A stretch of DNA of 62,690 bases, the filler included, from Choristocarpus tenellus KU-1152 (taxonomy: Eukaryota; Protista; Phaeophyceae), in the NCBI GenBank assembly GCA_964200185.2. It is 12 parts of 12 records of this genome, joined end to end, with 100 filler letters (N's around TTAATTAATTAA, not from the genome) between each part and the next. Parts side by side here need not be neighbours in the genome. Positions count along the whole stretch, not along the records: positions 11,920 to 14,639 come from CAXNAD020025325.1; positions 14,740 to 18,956 come from CAXNAD020015632.1; positions 19,057 to 35,233 come from CAXNAD020000865.1; 9 more parts are not named here. One strand, given 5' to 3'. Position numbers and translations under genes: made by a program. The stretch's first letter is position 1; every line of letters starts with the position of its first letter. Under the pieces are notes generated by a model, which saw only the letters and a list, made by a program, of their open reading frames with translations, made no database searches and had not been told where the DNA came from. Shown here piece after piece: positions 11,920 through 23,602 of this stretch.

Positions 11920-12976
11920 CACTGGCTCTCTACCTTATCACATAATCCACCAGTGGTGTCTATGGTGTATCAGCAGCACTATCAACGAACAGCCCTCTGG
12001 TGATATTAACTTCCCACCGACTTTGGTAGTCCCACTCTCCTCTGAGGGCAAACAGCTTGCTGGTGGCCTCTGCTCCCAAAGCTGTAGAACAGTCCTTTAT
12101 ATGTGCAAGGACCTATGTGTTTTACCAATCCGCACCTTGTGCATATTTCTCTGGCCTTGGTCAATCCCCTGGTACGGGATCCTGTCGTCCCAGGGTGTGT
12201 ACGAGGACCAGTCGTACCTTGGTTGCCACCTCAGCTAACCTTTAGCTGGGTCTGGGCGGATAGAGCACTCCCTGGCTCTCTGCGATCAGCTGCTTCCCGT
12301 TGATGAGAGAAGTAGCGCGAACGAGCAGCTTGCTGTGTATCGTGGCTTTCGAACGCTCACTCTTATGATGGTGCTAGAGATAACGTTTGGTGATCTGGTA
12401 GTCGCCATCCAAACAATCTAACATAGCGATTTCTAGGACCTGCTCGGCCATCACATGCCCCATCATCGTCATTGCCCAACCCAGTCCAACATCATTGTAA
12501 AAGTGATTTGGGGGTATGACATCCGGGGCATCTTGACTATCATTACCCTCCTTTGGAGTCTGGCTATTTCCTCATCTGAGTGGATAAGGAAGTGATCACC
12601 TAGCTGTTGCCAAGCTCCTGATAGCGATGCTGCATTGCGGACAATGCACCTGCAGAACCCGCTGGTACTTCACAAAAGGACGTCATAAGCCTTGTTGGCC
12701 TTGGTGACTTCTTCTTCACTGATATCTTCCCCCTTAGTGAATTCAATGTCATCCGCTCTGATGGGTTCCCTTCTATGCTCCAATGCGTCATCAATACCCC
12801 CCTTCGCCCCCAAAAATGCATGGGTTGAAGCGAACCAGTCTGCATAGTTGTCATCCGTGAGTTGAAGGAGTTTGGTGCGGATCCCATTTGAGGCCATGAG
12901 TGATGTAATACCAATTCAAACCAAACCAGTCCGACGGTTGCGCCTCCCCTAGCTAGAGTTTGGATCATAACGCCTG
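11920..12976 (-). mobile_element. Decayed Ty1/copia gag-protease fragment
   Basis: PBS-like CA|GGCGTTATGATCC; gag LTDDNYADWFASTHAFLGAKG...AWQQL with stops; LFVDSAA protease-like motif near 11980. Confidence 0.7.
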
Positions 12977-13028
12977 ACCTATCGAGGTAGCCCTTTCACA
13001 CACAAACTCTACTGGCAGGTATGCTCAC

Positions 13029-13467
13029 CTTCAGCTTCACGGATATGACAAGGCGTCCAGTGGCATCTGCGGTTCGACAACCAAACCACCCCTGCCTTTG
13101 TACCTCTTTCACTAAATCTTCAAAGAAAACAAATGGGACACGGAATTACCTCGTAACTTCAGCGACTCCCATGAAGTGACGTCTCTCAAAGCTTCCTCTC
13201 TCCCCAGCATAACGCCATACAAGTTCACCAGGTAACGGGCCGATTGCGGGGGATGTGAAACCTGCGAAATAATGGACGTTCTTCGTCGTCATCCTCCTCG
13301 TCCATCAAAACGTAGATGAGCAATATTACAGTTGCGTTTATCATCTGCCTAGATCTCGCCAGCAACCTAAAACTAGAAGACGAACTGGAAGACAATGAAC
13401 TCGAGGATGATGAACCTGAGAACGATGACATTCGGCCTCTCTCACCCTCTTCATCCATTTTGTCCAT
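13029..13467 (-). mobile_element. PIF/Harbinger-like transposase N-terminal fragment (pseudogene)
   Basis: Ser/acidic N-terminus then, through stops, FRVPFVFFEDLVKEVQRQGWFGCRTADATGRLVISVKLK followed by a GTGAG donor; the FR.P...F..LV...WF...DA.GR pattern is typical of this family. Confidence 0.65.
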
Positions 13468-14315
13468 CTTGAACCAGATGTGCTACAGGTAGTAACTCTG
13501 TGTAGCCCCAAGTACATTCCTACGAACAACAACAGAGGGCAAATCGAAACACCAAGAATTCCGTTCAGATTTGCCTTGAAAATTGGTCACGAATCGTCTG
13601 ACCTCCTTTCGAATTTGTCTCATTCAGAAACGCCTAAAAAATGCCCTATAATTCCTACTTGTCACGATTTTCCGTTTGGAAATGCCCAAAATGTCAAAAA
13701 GCAAAACCAAACAACCCTGAAAATGTGCGTATACGAGATTACCATATCCGATCACCAACACATGTATTTTGTGCGTATGATGAAGAGGGATCTACATTTG
13801 CCCGTGTCAACCACATCATTGAACTTCCCCATATCGACCAGTTGCCAAAACCAGATACATCCATAAGATCCAGATTTGAAACTTTTGAGCGTTGAAATTT
13901 CCACATTATATAGTACATACAGTTCAAATATTAACATGTGGGACAAATCAAATCCGATTTGTACCCTACAAATCAATGACCATTCTTTTGTGAAATCTGA
14001 GATATGCAGGTTGGTCGAATCCTCGCAAATCAAAGATTTAGGAGGTAACACTTTCATTTGTGGATCGTTATCATTTGTAGACATTCATATTTGTGAGTTG
14101 ATGGGATAATTCTTCCCACAAAATAATGAGATGTTGACCAATAAACACTCTAACTCTGATTTGTGGAACTTTGCTCACAACACCAAATTATTGCGGAGAG
14201 ATTCAAATCAACGTATATCTACAACAAGGAACCATTTATACATCTTTCAAAGATAGGAGCGGTACATGCACAAAATATTTACCTGCTTCATGTAGGGGTA
14301 AGTGGTATTGTATAG

Positions 14316-14500
14316 TGTTAGGAGTTGCCTTCTGTATCAACTTTGTCGTGCCATAACTTTTTGATCAACAACGAAGTTTTTATTGAAAATTCGTTTGTTG
14401 TAATCACGTATCATGCTTAACCTTATTTGATGGATCTTGTTGCTCAACTTACAGTAATCGTGAGAAATACAGAACCATACTTAAATCAAGTATTCCGCTC
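14316..14500. repeat. Dispersed repeat family D (~190 bp), second copy at 50433-50615
   Basis: Shared CAACTTTGTCGTGCCATAACTTTT...TACAGTAATCGTGAGAAATACAG.ACCATACTTAAAT on two contigs. Confidence 0.85.
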
Positions 14501-17064
14501 GCGTTTCGCGCGGGGTGTCATGCAGCGCGCCCCCCCCTGCATTTAAGGACGATTTTGACGCCAGAAGTGTTACAGGTGAGTAGCGCGAGTATTTCTTCCC
14601 GCGCTTTGACTGGCGCGAGCAGTATACGCGCGTGGGGAANNNNNNNNNNNNNNNNNNNNNNNNNNNNNNNNNNNNNNNNNNNNTTAATTAATTAANNNNN
14701 NNNNNNNNNNNNNNNNNNNNNNNNNNNNNNNNNNNNNNNGGTGCGCCTATCATCCATCCCTCTCCCCACCGGTGACGCACCTGCCTCAAACTTCTTGTTC
14801 GCATATGCACTTCATGCATTGACAGGGTGTGACACAAGTGAGGATGTGCATCCCCTAGGCTATGACCGTATGATTGTAGGTGGTATGTAGTAGGTGTAGT
14901 AGGTACTGTAAAAGAGATTTGACATAAGCTGCATGCAATGCCCTCCCAAGATAATGGTGCATGTATGTGGCACTGGATTTTGAAGTATGTAGTATTGCCG
15001 TCTCATCATGCGGAGTATCTCTGGGAGAGTGGGAGATCTGCTTGTGCACGCAAGGTGTTCCTGACAAAAGTCCATCTCTGCGCACATACATCACCCACAC
15101 ATAGGGTACGGACTGAAGAGGAGTTTTCATGGTCAGGCTAGAGGCTGCCTGTTATGTGTATGGATCTACTGAAGTACTTCAGAATATTACTCTCTTGTTC
15201 ATGGGTGGCCTAACATGTATTCAAAGGAATGAACTAACATGGATACCTTCCTTGAATTACAACATATAAAACATACCAAATAGTTGTGTAATGTTTGTGT
15301 GTGCGTGTTGTGACTAGAATATGCGTAATGGTGTATGCGATTAGTCGTAACTGTCTTTTGAGAACCCTTTTCAGTCAGACTTCTTTTACTGGCCCTATGT
15401 ACAAGAAAATATGGCTCTCTCCAGCAGTATTACTTTCCCACATACAACTATATATTTTACACACACCACAGAAAATGTAACTATTTCACAAGGGCTTTTA
15501 TTGATATCTACGATTAAGCATTGTCAGGACAACAGACCTTTCAGAGTAGATAAATATTTTATGTGTACTATTATTGTCCTGGGCAACAGATGTAGTTCAA
15601 GCTGGGCAGATGTCACCTACCAAACTGACTGAAGCGTTTGCTGAACGTTGGGCTTTAGAGAGAAAATGACTCCAAGAGCTGTACAGGGCAGCGGAAATTG
15701 TAGAGCAAATTGCCTCAACCGTTAATGTTGTCAAGGATTAAAGATGTTACAGAGGAAAAGGCTCAACCATTAGTTGGATAACGGATATCATGAGTGAGTA
15801 CAACAGACAAATAATTTTCTTTTTTGCAGAAGTATTTCTTCTCCTGCCTATCTTCGTTCCTTCATCGCCTTCCCGCCTTGAAAAAAGATCAAGTCATTGT
15901 GTGAAGTAAAAAAAACGGAAGTGAACCGCTTTCCGGAATACTAGTTTGAAAAAAAATGGACTTGAACGTTTGCAACAATGGATCTAACAGGGAAAAGTGT
16001 CAAACGTTTGAGTCATCATTCTATCTTATAGACCCTTACTTTGAGGGCTTCTTTAACCTGACTGACACCCCATTGCCGTACCTGAAATGTGGGTAACCCC
16101 CCTCAAGAGAGTGTGGCTGCAGAAGCAAAGACGAATGTTCGTCCAAGTAAGAGCTAATCTGTCCTCTAAAGATTGCCAGAACCACATGCACCAGAAGATG
16201 TCACAAAAATCCCGAATACTATACAGCACCCCCTCTAAGGACAGATGAGTGTTGCCCTGACAAGGGACATAGTGCACAACCCTTTTTGCCAGTAGACAAG
16301 GGATGTTATAGAGCATCTAGTCCCTTATCACTGTCCTGGGAATATATAAAAATAGTGAACACCGACTCGAATGTTGCCGTCATGGGTAACGGATGTTTCA
16401 TGTCAAATGTGCCCAAACGTTCAAGGGTAACTCCAGCCTCGAGCACTTTGTTTTTCGAGGTGTGTATATATATGAAGTAGTGTATGTATGTATCATACAC
16501 AGTGAAGACTAGATAGATTCAGCCATGTATTCTGTACAGTTGAGGTTTCGATGGCTCCTTCCCAAATATACAAAAGAAGACACTATGATGGGATGGTTGG
16601 CATTATTAACGAACCCCATATTCTAATCATGGATTGTTATTTGTGTTCTTTGTGCCAACAGATTCATTGGTTTTTCCCCTGACACATACGCAACATGTCA
16701 AAGGGCATAATAATAAAAAATTAATATATGGGCCTGTGTTGGGGACAGGCCAACACTACTATATCGGGGAAGCTCCCTATTTCCATCGAAAAATTGTTAG
16801 AGGGTTGGTGGGACAATGTGTTGGTTTTTCCCTGACACATCTGCAAAATGTTGGAGGGCATAGTACTAAAAAATATGATGGTAAGTGGGTTATCACTCAC
16901 GGTATGAGGGATCCTCAAAATAATATGTTAACATATATTTTTATTATTTTGCCCTCTGCTATTTTGTAGATGTTTCAGGGGGAAAGCCAATAATGAAAAC
17001 TATTAACATGTCAGAAAAATCCCCTTAAAAAGTAACATTTGTCATGCATGCGAAAAACATCTAT

Positions 17065-17262
17065 TTATTATTTTACTACTATGCTGTACTACTGCCTTCC
17101 TGTATCTCCAACCTAACTATTCCTGCACTCCAGGGTGAGAAGGTAGGGAAGCACCTCAAGAATCTAACAACTCACTCCTTGCCCCATCTCCCTGGTGTCT
17201 CCAGCTTCAAACGCAAGACAAGTCTTGATAGAGCCACTTGTGTTGTGACATACACTATCTGT
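17065..17262 (-). mobile_element. 3' end of a CRE/R2-like non-LTR retrotransposon (same family as 49640-50075)
   Basis: Reverse complement matches 49870-50070 (AAGCTGGAGACACCAGGGAGATGGG..., TAG-rich tail). Confidence 0.7.
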
Positions 17263-17304
17263 CGTACACGGGAAGTGAGAAGTCCCTCGCAGATATCGAC
17301 TTCT

Positions 17305-18030
17305 TGTTACAGGCGAATGAATAGCGCGAGCATTTCTTCTGATGTTCTAACAAGCGTGAGCAGTAGACACGCCCGAGGAATCTCATCAAGAGGAACTCCG
17401 ATTTGCTAAAGGTTGCAGAATAAGATCTTTAACTCGGGAATGCAAGTAAACGGTTTTCAGATGTATTCCAACGTCTGTAAACCAGAAAAAAAGAAACGAA
17501 AGAGCGTTGTTGCATGATCAACGCCGCTCTCTCCACTTTTCTTAATTCTGGTACCAAATTGATATACTGATACTGATTGGGAAAGGTACCTTATCTGCTA
17601 ACCTGACGTGCGTTGAACCTGTTGACAGTCGAAGTATCCTGGGAGACTTGTATGAGCGTCAGAGTGAAAGTTATCTTAGAGTGTACGAGTGAAAGTAGGG
17701 TACGAGTTTCGTCCTGTTTGTCCGTTTGGGGCTTGACTTCCTTGACTTCCCTCGAGGGTTTTTTTTTTTTAATGACAATTTACTTCTTCCGAAATGTTTC
17801 CGAGTAGGTGAAAAGTGTGTACATTACAAAAAGGTGTGTCCAGAACAAGGATATTGACACTTCCTAACAAACACGATAGCCAAAAATTACATTAACATCG
17901 TAACATTGGATTTTGACCCCGAACAGACACAGCTCTACCCTCCATGATACTTTCACTCATCAGCGTCATATGCAGGCCTGTGGATTGGAGCCCTATATCC
18001 TGTGAGGGTAAGCTTTGGAGTGTACTGTAA
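17305..18030. repeat. Dispersed repeat family C (other copies 14568-14639 and 43411-43890), here interrupted by a MITE A
   Basis: Shared GTTACAGG...TAGCGCGAG.ATTTCTTC, GGAACTCCGATTTGCTAA and ATCCTGTG..GGTAAGCTT blocks. Confidence 0.8.
17662..17958. mobile_element. MITE family A copy, TSD GTCA/ATCA
   Basis: GAGTGAAAG...TTTCACTC termini; the homologous empty site lies at ~43800. Confidence 0.85.
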
Positions 18031-19056
18031 CATTCTCGCCTCTTCCATAGTTACAACCAGCAATTAAGATGGAGTCACAGCTTTTTAGTGCATGTCACGG
18101 TATGACCATGTAAGAAACCATTGATAGGTGTAAGATGTATGTAACGTTTATTATGTCATTACAGGAAAACATGATGTAATGCCGCTCTGCCCCAAAACGA
18201 TTTTTTCACGTCCGTAAATTGCGAGTTCTCTGTAATAGTGCGCGGCTTCCACGGGAACACCCTCAATCCTCATACTATAGCTTCTGAAAGCCAAATTCCG
18301 TCCCAGTTAGAGCATTACAAATTTCACTGGTTCAATCAATTGTACTTCACCTAGTTTTACTTCCATTTTACACACTCATAGCAACTGACTGCCCGTCGGT
18401 AATCGACATACACCAAACGTTACTTTGAAGTATCCGAGTATTGGATTAGACGAGGACAAAATGGATCCGTTTATGTCACTTCATGTCCCAATTGACTCGA
18501 GATTTGTATTGCTTGACATTACTGTCTATCTCAAGCGGGTTTGAGTACTGGGAGGAACGAGTCAGTCCACCTTTTCAAAGATCTGGAGGCCTCTGGATAG
18601 GGGAGTGGGTCTCCAATAGCAAGTAAGCCGCTTGACCAGGAGCAGCCACAAGGGACAGAATGCCCACCGCCGCACTTCAACTAGTGTAAAACCGCAATAT
18701 GTAAGAGTAGAAGTGTATATCGAACCATTTCCAATCCCAAGAGCGGCTTGACCAGTCCTGCTTGTTGTCTTACAAAAGATCCACACAGTCACATATACAG
18801 AATAACCTTCCTACTTAAAAATGTTTCACACTGACCAGAGAATATGGTAAACAAGTCCTCCAGGAAAGGAGGAATCAAAACATTTTTTTTCAGTGAGAAA
18901 AAAGGCCTGCAGGTGGCCTGGGGGGGGGGGGGGGGGTGATTATCTCCATAACCTAANNNNNNNNNNNNNNNNNNNNNNNNNNNNNNNNNNNNNNNNNNNN
19001 TTAATTAATTAANNNNNNNNNNNNNNNNNNNNNNNNNNNNNNNNNNNNNNNNNNNN

Positions 19057-19268
19057 TGGGACTTGGCTTCTCATGGGTTTAGTTATGGTATTTTCCTACT
19101 CCAAAATATTTTGGAGTTGGTAAAATGTACAAGTTATGAAAATGTGTGTCCACAACAAGGATACTGACACTTCCTAACAAACAAGATGCCCAAAATTACA
19201 TCAAAATCCCGACATTGGATTCTGGCCACCAAATGGACGCGGCCCTACCCTCTAAGATACTTTGGCTC
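19057..19268. mobile_element. MITE family A, truncated by contig start
   Basis: Ends CCCTCTAAGATACTTTGGCTC. Confidence 0.85.
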
Positions 19269-21746
19269 TTGACCGGTCTGATACTATGGTTAAAAGGACA
19301 TGTCGAGATTCATACAAAGTGCTCTCTTTTTCGTTCGCTGTGGCGGTATTTCAATATTCATTATGATACTCTATGTCGATTTTACGAAGGAAGACACAAT
19401 AAATGTTACTTCAACACCGAGAACACATACTCTGCGGCCCCGGGCCCGGTCTGACATTGGTAGGAAATGTGTGTACTTTGTATGTCTAAAGCGCTTCGCG
19501 ATGATGATTATGATGATGGTAGATTCGCCTCCTTTGTCGCCTCTGCAAACGGCAGCGAGGCCCGAACAGAATGACGCTCATGGCAGATTTAATCAGATCA
19601 TTGTACTTGCTCTTTCGTAATGCACGATGTAAGCTTGATTGATCCTGTCTTCCGCGTTCTCAGTCAAGGTATTGGTCAGCCTGCCTTCGAGAGATGTTGC
19701 AGGAATGTTCTTCGAGTGCTCCTTCTCAACGATAACTCCTCACTTGCCCACACAACCAATATTTTTAATTAGGAGCTATATAAGGATTTTTGCAAAGAGG
19801 CAATACGGGTGTATCCTGACGACCCTTCCAAGCGGGTAAGCAAGGTGCACTTCCTCCGATTGCTCAGAGAGGACAGGCCCAACATCAGGGTGAGGGTAGG
19901 AGGCGATTTTATGAAATATGACATATGTGTAACGTTAAAAGAGAAGCGGCACGGTGCGCCTGGTGTAAAACCCACGAACGACTCCACCGTCCTCGAGTCC
20001 GTCGATAAGGAGCTGTCAGACCATCGAGAGGTAGGTGTCCAGCGTCAATTTTGAAACAAGTGTACAGTGACAACATGTCGCTGTCATTGCCCTCCGTTTT
20101 GAAGTATCTCTGTGTCCTTTTGCGAATGAAGACTCCTACGTAGGTGTTTATGGCAGCAGCAATAGCCTCACTCACCGCAAAACTTGCTGTTATTAGCTGC
20201 CCAAACACCTTGTAAGACGGACTGCTTACTGGTAATGTACAACGGGCTGTGGGAGGGACAGGTCATGTAGCGGTCTTCCGGCCCGGTACGTGCGTACTTC
20301 CTACCATCCCGATAACTTGGTGCTTGTCTAGTACGCAGCTATAAAAAAAACATCCCAATACAAACATCTATAGTTACCCAGACTACATTTTTGTTACTAA
20401 CTAACCTGATACGTGCTAACAAGCAGCATTTTTTTTTTTAGCTCTGTGCAGATTTAATTGATTGATTCACGTGATGTTGCTGTCCCCCATTCGCCAGATT
20501 ATTAAAACGGATCGGCTGGTCATCGCCAACAACACCAGCAGCGCCATGCCGGCCAAAGCCAACGGTAAACCTCTGGGCTTCGTGTTCATGTCTGTAGACG
20601 CCGCGAACCAGACAGCACACGCCCTCCCAGCACTTTACCCACCTACCCACGGCGGTGACAGGTAACCACACGCACGCATAGTCCATCCGACAAGAACTTT
20701 GCAGCCGCAGAACAGAATAGACGACCATGTTTTATTGTACGAATGAGTGCAAAGTCCCAAGAAATAATCGGCAAAACAAACGGATATAATTCCACTACCT
20801 ATTCCGTTAATCATGATGACCTTTCTTTACATGTTCCTTTCTTTCATGTGCCCCTTATCAGGGGCTACTCCGAGTGCCAGAAGATCATGGCCGCACATGT
20901 CGAAGGCCAGTTAGCGGAGGTGTTCTTCACTTCTATCAACCTTGGAGGAGGTACGCAATGTAGAGTAGCGTAAGAGCTAATTTGTTGGGTGGTGGAGATC
21001 GCAGACATGTACACCGACCACATGGGTGTATTTCCTCTACATTGCATAAAGAAATTACTCTACCCCTCTTTTTAGCTCCAAATAAACAATGCATAAATGA
21101 GCAGAGTACTTTTTCCCAACAATCCTTGAACATCATTGTTCGCACAGGTTGTAACTTTGTCTGCACAGCCACCCACCTTGCACTCACAAGGCTTATCGAC
21201 AAGTACCACAAGAGCCTCGATGACGCAGGGAATTGCATCATCCGGCACGCGCATTGGCAGGTAAGAAGGTCTCGTGTTGACACAACCTACTCAACACATA
21301 CTCGCTGAATACCAGTCACCAAGCAACTAACCGCACGGTCTTTAGTTTTGGTTTGTGTGTTGCAACCTGCATGTATGTTGGCGGTGATGTAGAGATTGCG
21401 CTCTAGCAATACTGGAAACATACCCTGTTCCTCCACGAAAAGCGACGAAATGGGATGACATATCGGCCTCGCTCCCATCCCTCCCTCGCTCCCAACGTCT
21501 GCAAACTGGCCAGGTCGACAACTGCGTCTCAGAGAACAAGAACAATTTCTTCCTCGGATATGCGGGGCTGTTGGTCGCGGCGAGTGTCATTCGTGTGGTC
21601 GAGATACATTTTATGATAGTGGGGCACACCCACATCAAAATCGATCAGATCTTCTCCTGGTAATTAGGGAAGATATGCACGTTCGATAACCACATAGTGT
21701 TTTCATACGGGCAGATACTGCCTCGAGGCTTGCCGCTCGTTGCATT

Positions 21747-22167
21747 GAGTGAAACTATCTTGGAGGGTACGATTTTTTCCCTGTTTGTCCATTTGTCGGA
21801 CTTGGCTTCCCGTGTGTTTTTTATGACATTTTCCGACTCCAAAATGTTTCGTAGTAGGTAAAATGTATACATTCGCGGGGCTTGGCTTCCCATGGGTTTT
21901 TTTAAGACATTTTCCGACTCCGAAATGTTTCTTAGTAGGCCAAATGCATACATTTGCGGGGCTTGGCTTCCCATGGGATTTTTTTTGACATTTTCCGACT
22001 CCAAAATGTTTCTTAGTAGGCCAAATGTATACGTTATGAGAGGTATGTCGGAAACATAGATATTGACACTTCCTAACAAACACGATAGCCAAAATTACAT
22101 CAGAATCACAACATTGTATTTTGACCCCCAAATGGACGCGGCTCTACCCTCTAAGGTACTTTGGCTC
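21747..22167. mobile_element. MITE family A copy with internal ~80-bp triplication, inside a transposase intron
   Basis: GAGTGAAAC...TTTGGCTC termini; three copies of CTTGGCTTCCC...ACATTTTCCGACTCC.AAATGTTTC.TAGTAGG. Confidence 0.85.
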
Positions 22168-23344
22168 ATTCATGAAAGGTTTATGGTCGTACACTGTAAT
22201 TGATTGATTGGCTTTTGATAATGAATCCACAACGAAATTGAACAAAAAGAGCAGCTGCCAAAACTGTTTCGTAACATAATCTCGAAAGAAAACAGTGAAA
22301 AAAAATGTACGCATCACCCAATATTATATCTATACTTCCATATACATGCGTCAGACCATGTGCCTGCATATTTATCTTGCTTCTCCACTTCGCTTATTTC
22401 GCCCCCGCATCGAAATTAACTTGCTTGCATTTCACCTTCAGGTTCGCACATGGAATAAAAGGCAAAAACATATTCACAAGAACATAGTCGGGTGAAGAGC
22501 TGCAGGCCTCTTACACTGAGGTTCCCGTATACTACAAGATCCTGCAGAACTAGGGCAATTTCAAGGGACTCCTTCAGGGTCGCATCAACCGCATCCCCAA
22601 CATCACGAGCTACAGGGCCTTTCGTGTTGGAAAAGGCGGTGATAGGCGGGTGAAGGTTAGCGTAAAGCGATACATGCACAGCACAGAATGGAGTGGGATA
22701 GGCAGAGACCTTGCTATGGACCCCATTGCCTCTCCGCACGACCTGTTCATCAGCCACCCGCCTCGTATCCAAGATGCACCACCCTACCAGCTCAAGAGCG
22801 CTCCCAAAGACGTCATCCTTAAGGTGGAGCAGTGGTACCAGGCGTCGCACAAGCGCCTCCCTGCTGCGTACCCACTGGGTAAGTCGATTTTTCGTGAGGG
22901 GATTGATAGCTAATTTTTGAATTCGGTGGCAGCCAAAAAATAATCGGCAACTTTTGGACGAGGCAGCCTTCACAGCCTTTAGAAATTAAATCCTGAAAAA
23001 TATTGCATTCTCATGTTTAGTGATCATTGCATGTTACAATAAAAATTACCGTATATTACCCCCAATAAATGTGTTGAGGGTACCGGTCTTGTACTCAACA
23101 GAGACGATTCCGACGAAATATACACCCTCCCTCTCACCACATGCTCCCCAAGCGCATTCATGAAACCTCACACCTGGTAAAAAAGTAACATTCATGCATC
23201 CATACCGTTGATGTCCTCGTGCTCATGGATTCCGCCTTCGCAGACGATGAAGCCGTTCAGAGAGCGAAACACGAGCAAAGCGAGTCTGTGTGGCTTCTCA
23301 GAAAGACAGGGGAACGAGAGTTCGACCTCCCCGTCCATTGGCTT

Positions 23345-23602
23345 GAGCCAAAGTATCTTAGAGGATAGAGCTGCGTCCATTTGGGGGTCAAAATCTAATG
23401 TTGCGATTTTGATGTAATTTCTGGTATTGTGTTTGTTAGGAAGTGTCAATATCCATGTTCTGGACACACCTTTTCATTACGTATACAATTTGCCTACTCC
23501 AAAACATTTTAGAGTAGGAAAATGTCATTAAAAATCCCACAGGAAGCCAAGCCCAAATGGACAAACAGGGCAAAATTCGTACCCTCTAAGATACTTTCAC
23601 TC
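23345..23602. mobile_element. MITE family A, full length (258 bp), TSD GCTT, inserted in a transposase exon
   Basis: GCTT|GAGCCAAAGTATCTTAGAGG...CCTCTAAGATACTTTCACTC|GCTT; removing it restores FDLPVHWLPTDDD. Confidence 0.92.

Noticed and set aside
14800-15750. Possible CACTA/Plavaka-like transposase remnant (RVRTEEEF)
   Set aside because: A single short motif among multiple stops.
18562-18792. Possible tyrosine-recombinase fragment (KT..RTG...FCPL)
   Set aside because: No catalytic HxxR or Tyr motif visible; similarity is too weak.
21645-22131. ORFs with repeated peptide motifs
   Set aside because: Artefact of the triplicated MITE interior.
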